Source: an uncultured delta proteobacterium
GTDB lineage: Bacteria; Desulfobacterota; Desulfomonilia; UBA1062
DNA: 64,000 nt
Direction of reading: 5' to 3'
NCBI GenBank assembly: GCA_963798485.1
Contig: CAWCTR010000022.1
Coordinates: 32,001 to 96,000, forward strand
In this document: one piece after another, positions 47,842 to 59,561 of the stretch
Numbering within the stretch: the stretch's first letter is position 1
How the letters are laid out: every line of letters starts with the position of its first letter
Notes under the pieces: model-generated
Told to the model about the DNA's origin: nothing
The model's database searches: none
The model's input: the letters and a program-made list of their open reading frames with translations, nothing else
Translations under genes and position numbers: made by a program

Positions 47842-49284
47842 GTGGAAGATAAAAAAAAGGTCCTGCTCGTCGATGATGAAGAGGTGTTTCTCGAACAACT
47901 CAAGGACGCCCTTGAAAATTCGAGCCTTGACCTCCAGATAGATACCGCATCCGATGGTGTGGAGGCCCTGGAGAAGATAGAGGCTGCCCGCCATGACATC
48001 GTGATCACAGACGTCAAGATGCCCCGAATGGACGGGTACAGCCTCCTGAAAGAGATCCAGAACCGCTTCCCCTCCACATATGTGGTGGTGATCACCGCCT
48101 TCGGGAGCATATCCGGGGCGGTCGAGGCCATAAAGTACGGGGCATATGACTTCCTGGAAAAACCGTTCAACATGGACTCGCTTGAGATATCGCTGACCAA
48201 GATCCTCAGGCAGCACGAGATCCTCAAAGAAAATATCGAACTCAAGGGCCGGATTCAACAGCACACAGAGGGGCTGGACCAGCTTGTGGGGTCGCATCCC
48301 AAGATGCAGCGACTCTATGAGCAGATACTGACCGCATCCGAGACGGACCTCACCGTGCTCATCTTAGGTGAGACCGGCACCGGGAAGGAGCTCATCGCCC
48401 GATCCATCCACTCCAGGAGTGACAGGCGCTCCAAGCCCTTTGTCGTCATCAACTGTGCCGCCATACCGGAGAACCTTCTGGAATCGGAATTCTTCGGCCA
48501 CGAGAAGGGGGCCTTCAGCGGCGCCATTTCCCAGAGGATCGGCAAGTTCGAAAAGGCCCATACCGGCACGCTCTTCTTGGATGAGATAGGCGACATCCCG
48601 CTGGACCTCCAGGCCAAGATCCTTCGCGTGATAGAAGATCACAAGATCACGCGCATCGGCAGCAACCGCGAGATGGATCTGGACTTCCGGGTGATCTGCG
48701 CCACGAACCGGCCCATCCAGGACATGATCAAGAAGGAGCTTTTCAGGGAAGATCTTTACTACCGCATCAGCGTCTTCCCCATCATCGTGCCCCCCTTAAG
48801 GGACCGCAGGGAAGATATCTCGCTGCTCTCCGGCCATTTCATCGCCAAGAACGCCAAGAGGCTCAACTCCTCGGTAAAGGGGATCTCACCGAAGGCCATG
48901 GAGCAGCTCACCGCATACCCGTGGCAGGGCAATGTCAGGGAGCTGGAGAACAGTATCCAGCACGCCATGGTCTCCACCCGCGCCGAGCTCATCACCTCCT
49001 TCCCCGAACTGCGGAATGCCGCCATGGGCACACAGGCCGCACCGCCCATCTCGTTCACAGAGGAGCCCACCATATGGGTGGAAGCCGGCGAAGGGAACGA
49101 CTATCATACCATCAAGCAGACCCTGCTTGAGCAGTTCGAGCGGAAGTATCTTGCCCATCTGCTGGAGAAGCACGGCGGCGTCATTGCCGAGGCGGCCCGC
49201 GAATCGGGCCTGAATTACAAGACATTCTACCTGAAGGTGGAAAAGTATCAGCTCACCAAGAAGCGGGAAAGAATACCGCGATAA
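47842..49284 (+). CDS. Sigma-54-dependent response regulator (NtrC family)
   Basis: REC domain, GETGTGKE, GAFSGA, LFLDEIGD, WQGNVREL and a C-terminal HTH. Confidence 0.95.
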   Translation: MEDKKKVLLVDDEEVFLEQLKDALENSSLDLQIDTASDGVEALEKIEAARHDIVITDVKMPRMDGYSLLKEIQNRFPSTYVVVITAFGSISGAVEAIKYGAYDFLEKPFNMDSLEISLTKILRQHEILKENIELKGRIQQHTEGLDQLVGSHPKMQRLYEQILTASETDLTVLILGETGTGKELIARSIHSRSDRRSKPFVVINCAAIPENLLESEFFGHEKGAFSGAISQRIGKFEKAHTGTLFLDEIGDIPLDLQAKILRVIEDHKITRIGSNREMDLDFRVICATNRPIQDMIKKELFREDLYYRISVFPIIVPPLRDRREDISLLSGHFIAKNAKRLNSSVKGISPKAMEQLTAYPWQGNVRELENSIQHAMVSTRAELITSFPELRNAAMGTQAAPPISFTEEPTIWVEAGEGNDYHTIKQTLLEQFERKYLAHLLEKHGGVIAEAARESGLNYKTFYLKVEKYQLTKKRERIPR

Positions 49285-49424
49285 TGCCTGTGTCTTGCTG
49301 GTCGAGCCTCTTCAATAATAATATATATTCTGGAGACGGGACCCATAAAGCCCTTGACAGATAGAGCCCTCCCATATATTAAGATTCACCTCGTAGCCGT
49401 GATACTAAGGAGGAGACAGAGTTA

Positions 49425-49691
49425 ATGGCAAACCATGCTTCAGCCCTGAAGAGACAGCGCCAGAGCGAGAAACGGCGCTCGAGGAATAGAGGTCACAAGT
49501 CCGCTATCAATACGACCGTCAAGAAGGTTCTCACTTCTATAAGCGCCAAGGAAACGGATAAGGCGCGCGAATTATTCCGTGAGGCCGTGGCCCGTCTGGA
49601 CAGCGCCGTCACCAAGGGTGCGCTGCACAGGAGGACCGCTTCCCGGAAGATCTCCCGGCTCACCAAGATGGTGAACGCCCAGGTTTCTTAA
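49425..49691 (+). CDS. rpsT: 30S ribosomal protein S20
   Basis: MANHASALKRQRQSEKRR...KGALHRRTASRKISRL. Confidence 0.97.
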   Translation: MANHASALKRQRQSEKRRSRNRGHKSAINTTVKKVLTSISAKETDKARELFREAVARLDSAVTKGALHRRTASRKISRLTKMVNAQVS

Positions 49692-49694
49692 GGC

Positions 49695-50690
49695 TCAAGA
49701 CCGGCCGGATATCCTCCCCTCATTCCTGGGGGAAAGCACAAGCCGCCCGATCATCTCGGTCAGGGCGGCATATACGTGTATCAGCGAGCCCGATTTTAAC
49801 CTTTGTTCTATCCCGCGGACATCCATAAGCAGGGTGGTAAGCTGCGCAATGCTCCATGAAGACTTCCGTCTCATGGCCTTGTCCGCAACGAACTCGTGTA
49901 TCTTCATCTTCTTCCAGTCCCTGCCGGAAAGCACTACATAGTGGTTGATAACCTGGTTTTCTATCCTGCTGATGATCTCCAGCTCGGCAACCCCTGAGAG
50001 CTCCAGTTCATAGAGGCGTGACAGGGCATCCTTTCTCCGGTCGAACAGCGCATCGAGGAATGCAAATATGGCGGGTTCATGCGTGCGCATGACCGCCTCA
50101 TGGACATCCCTGCCGGTTATGGAGGGGCTCTGGTTGGCGTAAAGGCACAGTTTCTGTATCTCGCTTTCCAGATACCACATGCTGCTTCCCCCGGTCATAT
50201 CGGCAAGCAGCACGGCGGCATCCTTGTCGATCTTCTTCCCATAGAGAGGCGCCCTTTCCATGATCCAGTTGGTCCGCGCGCCCCTGTTCTTGAGGGACTC
50301 GAAACGGACTATTCTGGCCTTGCCGTCGAATCTCTTGATAAGCTTGTTCAGTTCATTATCCGTCTTCTCAATTTCTATGATGAGGATTAAGGTTGTGATC
50401 TCGCATGGGTTCTCGAGGTAGAGTAACACCTGGTCCAGCTGTTTAATGGTAAGCTTCTGGCCGTTTTTGATGATGACCACCCTTTGGTCAGAGAGGAAGG
50501 GCATGGTGTTGCACAGGCCTATGATCTCATTCATGGCCGGGTCTTCTTCGGCGTTGAAGGCCGCCCAATTCATGGATATGTTCTCGCCGAGCTGTTGTTT
50601 TAATCGTGCAAGCTCTTCCTCAACAAGGAACATCTCCTGGGCTATGAAAACGGCATTGGATAACCTACTCGATAGTTTCTGAGCGCTCAT
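49695..50690 (-). CDS. holA: DNA polymerase III delta subunit
   Basis: TMPFLSDQRVVIIK and SEIQKL motifs; leuS-lptE-holA synteny opposite rpsT. Confidence 0.85.
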   Translation of the reverse strand: MSAQKLSSRLSNAVFIAQEMFLVEEELARLKQQLGENISMNWAAFNAEEDPAMNEIIGLCNTMPFLSDQRVVIIKNGQKLTIKQLDQVLLYLENPCEITTLILIIEIEKTDNELNKLIKRFDGKARIVRFESLKNRGARTNWIMERAPLYGKKIDKDAAVLLADMTGGSSMWYLESEIQKLCLYANQSPSITGRDVHEAVMRTHEPAIFAFLDALFDRRKDALSRLYELELSGVAELEIISRIENQVINHYVVLSGRDWKKMKIHEFVADKAMRRKSSWSIAQLTTLLMDVRGIEQRLKSGSLIHVYAALTEMIGRLVLSPRNEGRISGRS

Positions 50691-51163
50691 AGCTGCAGTA
50701 CGGCAACGGCCCGGGCGATCTGCAGGGAGACCTGCCTGCATGCCTCATCGAGGGCGTCTTCGTCCTGGCCTCCTTCTGAGAAGGTCCCGGTATCGGAAAA
50801 GGTTGACTGCCAGAGGGTCTTGCCCGAGGCATCACTGAGTTTTGCAAGCACATTGATGGTAAGCCGGTAGCGGTTCCCGCTCTTGAGCGTGATCGAGGTG
50901 ATCGTCTCACGGGATGAAGATACCATGGAGCACATGAGCCGGTATTTTGCGTCCTTGTTTGATATCATCCCCATGGAGGCGAAGGACTGCTCCAGGAAGG
51001 AATCCAGCACGATGCCGGCCTCACGGAGGTGGGTCTTGTTCGTGCTCGGGTCGAGCGTGATCTTTCTGCCGCCCGCTACCCCTTCCGGCAGGAACCCGTA
51101 CCTGCAGGAGATCAGGCTACTTGCCAGCAGCAACAATAATATTAATGATCTTATTCGGAACAT
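50687..51163 (-). CDS. lptE: LptE-like lipoprotein
   Basis: Lipobox ISC-RYGF; position between leuS and holA. Confidence 0.7.
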   Translation of the reverse strand: MFRIRSLILLLLLASSLISCRYGFLPEGVAGGRKITLDPSTNKTHLREAGIVLDSFLEQSFASMGMISNKDAKYRLMCSMVSSSRETITSITLKSGNRYRLTINVLAKLSDASGKTLWQSTFSDTGTFSEGGQDEDALDEACRQVSLQIARAVAVLQL

Positions 51164-53600
51164 AGATGACCTTGCGGATGGATACCCCTTCCATGAAGCG
51201 CTTCACGTTCGTGTCGGAATATGCAGCGGTTTCCGCCTCAGCCTGAGGCGTATCCTTGGGCATTTCGATGGTGGCGCGGAGCCTGCCGTTCACCTGTACC
51301 GCGATGGTTACCTTCGAGTCCTGGGCCCACCCTGCGTCGAATTCGGGCCAGGGGTGCTCGAAGAGCCGGCCGGACAAGCCAATCGTTTCCCACAGCTCAT
51401 CGGCGATATGAGGGACAAAGGGCGAGAGCATGATGAGCAGCTGCTCGATGGAATACTTCAGCACAGCCGCCTCTTCTTTGTCTGTAGCCGCATCTTTTGC
51501 CTTATAGAGCTCGTTGATCAGCTCCATCATGGCGGCTATGGCCGTGTTGAACCGGAAGCGCTTGTCTATGTCCTCAGTGACCTTGCGGATGGTCTGGTGT
51601 GTCTTCCTCATGATGGGCTCTACGGATTCCGGGACCCGGATGACCTCTGATGTCCCCTCCATTGCCTTGATGTCCATGGCGAGCCGCCAGAGCCGGGTCA
51701 GAAAACGGTAGGTCCCCTCAATACCCTGGTCGCTCCAGTCCATGTCCTTCTCGGGCGGGGCGGCAAAGAGGGTGAAGAGCCTGGTGGCATCCGCGCCGTA
51801 GCGTGCTATCATGTCTTCGGGGTCAACCACGTTACCCTTGGACTTACTCATCTTGGCGCCGTCCTTGATGACCATGCCCTGGGTCAGCAGTCTCTCAAAC
51901 GGTTCGCCAAAGTCCACATGACCCAGGTCGCGGAGCACCTTGGTAAAGAACCGTGAGTACATGAGGTGCAATATGGCATGCTCGATACCGCCGATGTACT
52001 GGTCCACGGGCATCCAGTACGCCACCTCCTTGGCATCAAAGGCCTTGTCCTTGTGGTTGGGGCTGGCATAGCGGATAAAGTACCAGGACGACTCCACAAA
52101 GGTGTCCATGGTGTCGGTCTCGCGCCTGGCCTTGCCGCCGCAAGAAGGGCACTTCGTGTTCACGAATGCCTCAACCTGGGCTATGGGCGACTCCCCGGCG
52201 CCGGTGAGCTTCACGTCCTCGGGCAGGATAATGGGCAGGTCTTCCCTTTTCACCGGGACCGTTCCGCACCTTTCACAGTGCACCACCGGGATGGGCGCGC
52301 CCCAGTAGCGCTGTCTTGATATGCCCCAGTCACGAAGCCTGAAGTTGACCGTGGGCTCGCCCCTGCCGATGGTCCGGAGGTGTTCGGTGATGCCTTTCAT
52401 GGCCTCCGTGTTCTTCATGCCGTTGAACTGCTGTGAATTCACCAGCACACCTTCGCCCTCGTAGGCCGCTTCCATGGTCCCCGCCTTGAGCTCCTCGCCC
52501 TCAGGCTGGATGACCACTGTGATGGTAAGGCCGTATTTTTTGGCGAACTCGAAGTCGCGCTGATCGTGAGAGGGCACGGCCATGACTGCGCCGGTGCCGT
52601 AGTCATACAGCACGAAGTTGGCCACATAGATGGGCATCAAAAAGCCGGTGAGCGGATTGATGCAGTATTTACCCGTGAATACGCCCTCTTTTTCATAGGA
52701 ATCCGAGGTGCGGGTGATCTTATCTTCTTTGAGGGTCTTGTCTATAAAGGCCTGTACCGCCACTTCCTGATCGGTCCCTTTGGGCAGGGTCTTTGCCAGG
52801 GGGTGCTCCGGCGCGATACTCATGAAGGTGGCGCCGTAGAGCGTATCGGGCCTGGTGGTGAAGACCTCGATGTCATCGTTGGCGCTCTCGATAGCGAACC
52901 TGAGGAGCGAGCCGGTGCTCCTGCCGATCCAGTTCCTCTGCATGGTCAGCACGCGCTCGGGCCAGCCTTCTTTGAGGCGTTCGATATCATCTAAAAGCTC
53001 CTGGGCGTACTTGGTGATCTTGAAGAACCACTGGTCGTATTCCCGGAGGTACACCTGTGTGCCGCAGCGCCAGCACGCCCCTGCTTCCACCTGTTCGTTG
53101 GCCAGCACGGTCTTGCAGCTGTCGCACCAGTTCAGAAAGGTGCGGTCTTTATAGACGAGGCCCTTCTCGAACATCTCTATGAAGAAGAGCTGCTCCCACT
53201 GGTAATAGTCCGCATCACAGGTGGCGATCTCCCGGTCCCAGTCATAGCTGAATCCCATGCGCTTGAGCTGGACCTTCATGTATGCCATGTTCTCATACGT
53301 CCATTTCTTGGGGTGCACCCCGCTTGCAATGGCGGCGTTCTCGGCGGGCATGCCGAAGGCGTCCCATCCCATGGGATGCAGCACGTTAAAGCCCTTCATC
53401 TTCTTGTACCTGGCCACCACGTCGCCTATAGTGTAGTTGCGAACGTGGCCCATGTGGATACGGCCCGAGGGGTAGGGGAACATCTCGAGGAGATAGTATT
53501 TCTGCTTGGAGTCATCGGCCTCCACCTTGAAGAGCCCGCTTTCTTCCCAGCGCTTCTGCCACTTGGCCTCGATCTCCTGAGGTCTGTAGTCCGTCGTCAT
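51117..53600 (-). CDS. leuS: Leucyl-tRNA synthetase
   Basis: [13 protein letters not shown] and KMSKS motifs. Start placed at ATG 53600 after GGAGG. Confidence 0.98.
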   Translation of the reverse strand: MTTDYRPQEIEAKWQKRWEESGLFKVEADDSKQKYYLLEMFPYPSGRIHMGHVRNYTIGDVVARYKKMKGFNVLHPMGWDAFGMPAENAAIASGVHPKKWTYENMAYMKVQLKRMGFSYDWDREIATCDADYYQWEQLFFIEMFEKGLVYKDRTFLNWCDSCKTVLANEQVEAGACWRCGTQVYLREYDQWFFKITKYAQELLDDIERLKEGWPERVLTMQRNWIGRSTGSLLRFAIESANDDIEVFTTRPDTLYGATFMSIAPEHPLAKTLPKGTDQEVAVQAFIDKTLKEDKITRTSDSYEKEGVFTGKYCINPLTGFLMPIYVANFVLYDYGTGAVMAVPSHDQRDFEFAKKYGLTITVVIQPEGEELKAGTMEAAYEGEGVLVNSQQFNGMKNTEAMKGITEHLRTIGRGEPTVNFRLRDWGISRQRYWGAPIPVVHCERCGTVPVKREDLPIILPEDVKLTGAGESPIAQVEAFVNTKCPSCGGKARRETDTMDTFVESSWYFIRYASPNHKDKAFDAKEVAYWMPVDQYIGGIEHAILHLMYSRFFTKVLRDLGHVDFGEPFERLLTQGMVIKDGAKMSKSKGNVVDPEDMIARYGADATRLFTLFAAPPEKDMDWSDQGIEGTYRFLTRLWRLAMDIKAMEGTSEVIRVPESVEPIMRKTHQTIRKVTEDIDKRFRFNTAIAAMMELINELYKAKDAATDKEEAAVLKYSIEQLLIMLSPFVPHIADELWETIGLSGRLFEHPWPEFDAGWAQDSKVTIAVQVNGRLRATIEMPKDTPQAEAETAAYSDTNVKRFMEGVSIRKVIYVPNKIINIIVAAGK

Positions 53601-53720
53601 ACGTTCCTCCGCATCAATAATGACTGCACAATTAACACAACACCTTTCCTTCGTCCAGTACCGGTTCCCGCAGTCTTTGCGCTTGCATTTCATGACCATA
53701 TTGATATGTAAGGGGACACT

Positions 53721-56162
53721 ATGAGATGGCTCAAATTCTTTCTTCTTATCATGGTCATCGTCACTGCCCTGTGCGGTGCGGCGATCTATGTATTCGTACT
53801 CAGGGGGCTTCCTTCCCTTGAAGAACTCAAAAGCTCCGAGGTGACCAAGCTCAGCAAGGTCACTGCCGCCGACGGCACACCCATCGGCTACTTCCCGCCC
53901 GAAGGAAGGGTCGTTATGAACGGGCACAACATCCCCATCACCCTCAAACAGGCCATCATCGCCGCAGAAGATTCCACCTTTTATGACCATGTGGGACTTG
54001 AGCCGCGCAGGATCATAAGCGCGTTACTCGCTGATATCAGGGCAAACTCCTATGTCCAGGGTGCATCTACCATAACCCAGCAGGTTGTCAGGTCGTATCT
54101 GCTCACCAATGAAAAGACCCTTGCCAGGAAGTTCAGGGAGATCGTTCTGGCGCTACGCATCGAACAGGCCCTGACCAAAGAGCAGATCTTAAACCTGTAC
54201 CTTGACCGCATCTACCTTGGCAGCGGCGCCTATGGCGTCCAGGCGGCCTCGTTGCGTTATTTCGGCAAGGAGTGCAGAGAGCTCGAACTCTCGGAGATGG
54301 CGCTGCTTGCGGGGCTTGCCCCTGCGCCGACGAGATATTCTCCGCTGAATGACTTCACTGCGGCGAAAAGAAGGCAGTGGTATGTCCTTTCCCGTATGGT
54401 GTCCGAGGGTTACATTACCGGGGCCGAGGCCCGTGAGGCATACAAGGATCCTTTAAGGATCATAGCCAAGGATGTGGCCCAATTTTCCGAATACCCCTAT
54501 ATCACCGACTATGTGAAGACGCTGGTGACCAAGCAGTTCGGCGAAGACATCTTCAACAAAGGGATCATTATCCGCACTTCAATAGTCCCTGAGCTCCAGC
54601 GCTCGGCAATACTCGCCGTCCGCAAGGGGGTTATCGAGCTCGAGATGAGGCAGGGCGCATATCGCGGCCCTATAAAGGATATACCCCAGGGCGATGGGAC
54701 GCTTAAGCCACTTAATCCTGCCGAAAAGGATCGCATCTTTGCATTGCAGTCAAACCAGCTTGCATGGAAGGGCTACGAACCCTATGAACTCTATTGGGCG
54801 GAGGTGACAAGGCTGGATCCATTGACGGTAAAACTCGGCGTCAGAAGCCTCGAACTCGGCCCGGGCAGTTACGCCTGGATCAACCCCAAGGGGAGTTGGC
54901 GGCCCGGCAGCGTGCTGAAGCCCGGCGATCTCATACAGCTCTGTTCTACGCCCGGCGGTTTTGTGATCTCGCAGCAGCCGCAGGTCCAAGGGGTGCTTGT
55001 GGCCTTTGATCTGGAGAAGGCAGGCATTCTTGCCATGGTGGGAGGGGTTGACTATGCCCAGAGCCAGTTCAACAGGGCCGTATACGCAAGGAGACAGAGC
55101 GGATCGGCAATAAAACCCTTCATCTATGCGGCGGCTATTGACAAGGGCCTGACGCCTGCCTCCATCATCTTCGACTCACCGGTAACCTATAAGGCCGGTG
55201 CGGATGAGGAAATGTGGCAACCCAAAAACTACGAAAACCGCTTCTATGGTGCAACCACATTGAGGACCGGCCTGGTCCTTTCCAGGAACGTGGTTACCAT
55301 TAAGATCTTAAACGAGATCGGCCTTGATTATGCCATCTCGTATCTCAAACGGTTCGATATGCAGTCAGAACTGCCTCGAAACCTTTCCCTGGCCCTGGGT
55401 TCAGGTTCGATAATACCTATTAACCTTTTTAAGGGGTATGCAGAACTGGCCACCTATGGCCAGAAATTCGATCCCCATATGATCGAGAGCATTGTCCAAA
55501 GCGGGAAGGGGACCATCTTCCGCGCCCCAGCAGGCCCTGCAATTTTTGCATCTCCTGTGGCCCCTGCTGTGACTGCCGGCACAGGTGGCATTACGACGGA
55601 TGCAGCTGCTCAGGCAGAGGCAAACATCCCGACAGATGCACTCACTCCGGCAGCTGCCCCCCAGGCTGGTGCCGACGTAATTACGCCAGTGCAAGATCAC
55701 AGGGTCATCTCATCTCAGACGGCCTTCATCATCACGAACATCCTCAAGGACGTGGTGCAGGTGGGAACAGGCTGGCGTGCAAAGGCCCTTATGCGGCCAA
55801 TTGCGGGGAAGACAGGCACCAGCGATGACTGCAAGGATACCTGGTTTGTCGGATACTCCCCTGATGTCTTATGCGGTGTGTGGGTCGGCCATGACAGCAT
55901 GACTTCGCTCGGCGCAAATGAGACAGGGGGCAAGACTGCATGCCCCATCTTTGTCGACTTCATGACGACAGCGTTACGCGACAGGCCTGTGCGCGACTTC
56001 AGGGTTCCTGCAGGTGTGGTATTCGCCAGGGTCAACTCCAAGACAGGCAAGGGGGCGAGTGAGGATTCACTGGAATCACGGTTTGAGGTCTTTAAGCAAG
56101 GCAGCGTACCTGCAGCCGAGAGGGCCGTTAATGATGATCAATTGTTAAAGGAGGTCTACTGA
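53721..56162 (+). CDS. mrcA: Penicillin-binding protein 1A
   Basis: AAEDSTF and GASTITQQ transglycosylase motifs; SAIK, SRN and KTG transpeptidase motifs. Confidence 0.92.
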   Translation: MRWLKFFLLIMVIVTALCGAAIYVFVLRGLPSLEELKSSEVTKLSKVTAADGTPIGYFPPEGRVVMNGHNIPITLKQAIIAAEDSTFYDHVGLEPRRIISALLADIRANSYVQGASTITQQVVRSYLLTNEKTLARKFREIVLALRIEQALTKEQILNLYLDRIYLGSGAYGVQAASLRYFGKECRELELSEMALLAGLAPAPTRYSPLNDFTAAKRRQWYVLSRMVSEGYITGAEAREAYKDPLRIIAKDVAQFSEYPYITDYVKTLVTKQFGEDIFNKGIIIRTSIVPELQRSAILAVRKGVIELEMRQGAYRGPIKDIPQGDGTLKPLNPAEKDRIFALQSNQLAWKGYEPYELYWAEVTRLDPLTVKLGVRSLELGPGSYAWINPKGSWRPGSVLKPGDLIQLCSTPGGFVISQQPQVQGVLVAFDLEKAGILAMVGGVDYAQSQFNRAVYARRQSGSAIKPFIYAAAIDKGLTPASIIFDSPVTYKAGADEEMWQPKNYENRFYGATTLRTGLVLSRNVVTIKILNEIGLDYAISYLKRFDMQSELPRNLSLALGSGSIIPINLFKGYAELATYGQKFDPHMIESIVQSGKGTIFRAPAGPAIFASPVAPAVTAGTGGITTDAAAQAEANIPTDALTPAAAPQAGADVITPVQDHRVISSQTAFIITNILKDVVQVGTGWRAKALMRPIAGKTGTSDDCKDTWFVGYSPDVLCGVWVGHDSMTSLGANETGGKTACPIFVDFMTTALRDRPVRDFRVPAGVVFARVNSKTGKGASEDSLESRFEVFKQGSVPAAERAVNDDQLLKEVY

Positions 56163-57913
56163 TGCATGTCCGTGCGGTCTTTCTGCTGGCCATCCTGATC
56201 GCATACTCGCTGAGTTCTTTTGCTGCGGACATCACCCTTGTCAAGCATGCAAGGAGGGCCAAGCCCCTTGGCGCGAGTCAGTATATGGTGAAGGAAGGCG
56301 ATACCTTGCGAAGGATACTGATGGAGGGATACCATGCAAAGGAGGGAGACCTTCCTAATCTCTATAAACGGTTCAGGCAGGAAAATCCGGGCATAGTAGA
56401 TCTCGATTACATACCGTCCGGCACCAAGATCGTAATCCCCATAAAAGGGGAGCCCGCCATTGTTGCCGAGCGGAAGAAACCTGTAGAGGGGCTTGAGGTG
56501 AGGGAGGCTTCTCCTAATGAATATGTCATCAAGCAGGGTGAGTATCTCGCCAGGATCATGAGGAAGGTCTATGGTGTCTCGGATGATCTCATTTATCATG
56601 AGTACATGGACCTCGTAAAAAAATTAAACCCCGAGATCAGCAACCCGAACCGAATCAAGGCGGGTCAAAGGCTTATACTGCCGGACATCAAGCGGGTGGT
56701 GGCCAAGGCAAAGAACGCACAGGGCCCTGTTGCCGCTCCGTTATCGGTTTCAACCACGGGCGTACCCCCGCAAGAGGTGAGCAAGACACCTCCGAGCCGG
56801 ACAAGTAATGCAATAACACCTCCGGCAAAGCAGGATATTATCGCAACGGAACCGCCTCCCGAAGCGGCCCCTGCAGCGCCCAGTGCATCACCCCCTGCAA
56901 CGCCCGGCGTGAAACAGGTGAGTAATGACAAATCGCCGGGACCCGGGAATGCCGAGGGTGTGAAGATGGTCAAAGGCGCAGTCCTGCCGGCCCTGAAGGA
57001 CATGGGGGGTACGAAGAGGGACAAAGGGATATATTATATGCCTACCTCGGGAGGCACCAGCCTCTCCATCAACACCTCCGAGATCCCTGTCATGGAACTG
57101 GATACCGGGAAGAAGATTATTTTCGACATGAATAAGACCATCAGTCCAGAGGTTAAAGGGTATATCGAGAAGGCCTTCCCGTCTTTCACCGTGGTCTCAG
57201 GTTCGCAAGGTGACCTGGAGAGGCTTATGGACAAGGTCTTAAGCGTTTCCGGCTATTTCTCCATTAACAAAGACTCAAGCCCGCTTCTTGTGGGATCAGA
57301 AGAAAAACTAAGATTTTTCGGCAAGTGGATCGTATACAAGGATTTCTCCCGAAACAACGTGTTTGTCGTTAATCTCTTGGGCAAGGAAGAGCAGAAGACG
57401 CCTGGCGGAATTAGAAATTATGCCAGGCATTTTGGTATCGATCTCATTGAAATCGGCGGTAAAGATACAGGGGGCGCACTGAAAAAAACCGCTCAAATTA
57501 TTGACCTGAAGCACTCGTACCCGGTCCTTTTGGGCCGTCTCAAGGTCCCTTATGATGCGAATAAGGAGATAGACCTGGTAAAAAGCGGCGAGGTGAAGAT
57601 AACCTACAAGGCCCCGATGCTTATGGGTAATGTCGTATTGGCCGATGTCATGCCTGAAACGGATATGGCCGCCCTGCTTCATGAGAAGTCATACGAATTG
57701 CTGAATACCGGCACGGCAGGGCCTGATGAGGTGCTCAAGGCACTCGGGCTGGAATTCGAAGGCCCCCCCCTGAAGATGACAATAGCCCAAGGCAGGACGG
57801 AGCTGGAGATCCCTGGAATACGTCTGGGAGACAATATCATCCTCTTAAAGACGATCGATAAAGATATAACGGCCTATCTCGCAGCTTCAGGGATGAAGGT
57901 GATGGCCTGGTAG
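56162..57913 (+). CDS. LysM-domain protein
   Basis: Signal peptide, two LysM-like units (YMVKEGDTL, YVIKQGEYL) and a Pro-rich linker. Confidence 0.8.
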   Translation: MHVRAVFLLAILIAYSLSSFAADITLVKHARRAKPLGASQYMVKEGDTLRRILMEGYHAKEGDLPNLYKRFRQENPGIVDLDYIPSGTKIVIPIKGEPAIVAERKKPVEGLEVREASPNEYVIKQGEYLARIMRKVYGVSDDLIYHEYMDLVKKLNPEISNPNRIKAGQRLILPDIKRVVAKAKNAQGPVAAPLSVSTTGVPPQEVSKTPPSRTSNAITPPAKQDIIATEPPPEAAPAAPSASPPATPGVKQVSNDKSPGPGNAEGVKMVKGAVLPALKDMGGTKRDKGIYYMPTSGGTSLSINTSEIPVMELDTGKKIIFDMNKTISPEVKGYIEKAFPSFTVVSGSQGDLERLMDKVLSVSGYFSINKDSSPLLVGSEEKLRFFGKWIVYKDFSRNNVFVVNLLGKEEQKTPGGIRNYARHFGIDLIEIGGKDTGGALKKTAQIIDLKHSYPVLLGRLKVPYDANKEIDLVKSGEVKITYKAPMLMGNVVLADVMPETDMAALLHEKSYELLNTGTAGPDEVLKALGLEFEGPPLKMTIAQGRTELEIPGIRLGDNIILLKTIDKDITAYLAASGMKVMAW

Positions 57914-57961
57914 AGGGCTCTGGGGAGAACCCCTTGCAGGGGGGTAAGAAAAATCTCCCCT

Positions 57962-57987
57962 GTCCCCTCCTTAGAAAGGAGGGGGAC
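57962..57987. terminator. GC-rich hairpin between convergent genes
   Basis: CCCCTCCTT-aga-AAGGAGGGG stem. Confidence 0.5.
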
Positions 57988-58068
57988 TAAGTCTCACAAT
58001 CGTGCCATTCTTGATCCCTCCCATCCTTAAACAGGGTTACTTCCTGCTCGTCGAGGTAAATTGCATGA

Positions 58069-59370
58069 TTACATCCGGGCTGACGAGATGAAACAGCCGC
58101 CGCCGCTGCTGCCTGTGGAAGGGGGTTCCGCCTCGGTGGTGAAAGAAACCGGATAGCTCGATGCCAGGGCATTCCCTGCCAGGTCTTTCACGCCGTTACT
58201 GCCTCCTGTGACGGTAATCGTATAGGGTGTGGAGTATGAATCATCGCCGCTTACGCTCAACGTCATGCCGTCACTGGACAGGCTCACTCCTCCGGAGACT
58301 ACGGTAGATCCGGATTTCATGATGACCGTCGAGCTGTTGATGGTTTTTGCGTTCATCTTCTCGGAAAATAAAAAGGTTACGGGGGTCGATATATAGGCCG
58401 TGCCGTCATTATTCTTTGATATCTTATAAGAATTGATCACGGGTGGGATGATGTCGTCTCTGGAGTAAATAAGGATTGTGCCGTACTGGCCTGCAAAATA
58501 AACCTTGCCCGAGGTGCTGCCCCAGATGGCATCGATGTTCGAGCCGAAAAGCCCGTTGTTCGACAGGCTGCTCCAGGAATGTCCGTCATAGTGGTAGACG
58601 TTACCGACCGCTCCTGCAGCAAAGACATCATCAGCAGCGCTCCCCCATAAGGCGTAGAGAGCAAGACCGCTCATACTTTTGGCTGTCCACGCAGACCCGT
58701 TGTAGTGGAGGATATCTCCTTCTGTATCTGCGGCATAGATGTCTGAGCCGGATGACCCCCAGAGGGAGCGGAGGTCTTGATAGGTGGGTATCGATGATAC
58801 GGCTTTCCATGTTGTCCCATCATAGTGGAACATTGTACCGTTTTGGCCACCGACATATATGTTATTCCCGGTGTCGTCCCCCCAGATGGAATAGAGGTCG
58901 GTCTCATTTGTTATTGATGGGGTCGCATCTCCCCATGATATCCCGTTGAAGGACAAGATTGTCCCCAATGACCCCACTGCATAAATGTTTGTTATGGACA
59001 ATCCCCACAGTGCGTTGAGGCGGCTGACGGTATTTGTCGCGAACGAGATCCATCCGGTGCCGTCATTCATCAAGATCGTCCCATTGTCGCCTGCAACGAA
59101 TACGGCAGTCAGGGGCGTTTCCCACACTGATGTCAGGTCCTGTGGGGTATTGATAGATATATCATGCCAGGTGACCCCATCGAAGTGAATGAGCGTGCCG
59201 ACCGCACCGGCGACATAGATGTCGCTGTCCGAGGAACCCCATACGGCATAGAGATCCTGAGAGACGGGAAGAGAAGCCTTCTGCCAACTATCGGCATAGC
59301 TGAGAGAGCTGTATAACAACAAGGAGAGGATGAAGGTGGTGATCACGAAATATAAGGTATGTGTTCTCAT
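58069..59370 (-). CDS. Surface beta-propeller and Ig-like (Big_5) protein with a GGGCFI C-terminal tag
   Basis: Signal peptide; about 7 repeats of LxxxWGxSxxxIYAxG; FSEKMN...DLAGNAL...FTT; ends SSGGGCFISSARM. Confidence 0.8.
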   Translation of the reverse strand: MRTHTLYFVITTFILSLLLYSSLSYADSWQKASLPVSQDLYAVWGSSDSDIYVAGAVGTLIHFDGVTWHDISINTPQDLTSVWETPLTAVFVAGDNGTILMNDGTGWISFATNTVSRLNALWGLSITNIYAVGSLGTILSFNGISWGDATPSITNETDLYSIWGDDTGNNIYVGGQNGTMFHYDGTTWKAVSSIPTYQDLRSLWGSSGSDIYAADTEGDILHYNGSAWTAKSMSGLALYALWGSAADDVFAAGAVGNVYHYDGHSWSSLSNNGLFGSNIDAIWGSTSGKVYFAGQYGTILIYSRDDIIPPVINSYKISKNNDGTAYISTPVTFLFSEKMNAKTINSSTVIMKSGSTVVSGGVSLSSDGMTLSVSGDDSYSTPYTITVTGGSNGVKDLAGNALASSYPVSFTTEAEPPSTGSSGGGCFISSARM

Positions 59371-59561
59371 ATGTTTCCTTTCAGGGCAGGATAAAGATAA
59401 GATGCAGTATATTATAAAGGGGACAGCAGGTGTTTTCAATATTGCGGGTACATCCTCCCATTATTGCCGACATACACCTGCTTGGAATCCTTTCTTGCCA
59501 GGCCTTTAAAGCAATGAACCCGCCAGTGAACGGGCGTGCCCGGTATCACCTCTCTAAAGGC

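Noticed and set aside
47383-48297. 304-aa minus-strand ORF (also 11572-12372, 10290-10967, 19868-20518, 30762-31469 and 50883-51650)
   Set aside because: Antisense shadows of well-supported genes, common in GC-rich coding DNA.
53601-53990. 130-aa N-terminal extension of LeuRS in the ORF track
   Set aside because: It overlaps the divergent PBP1A gene; a good RBS and the typical LeuRS start are at 53600.
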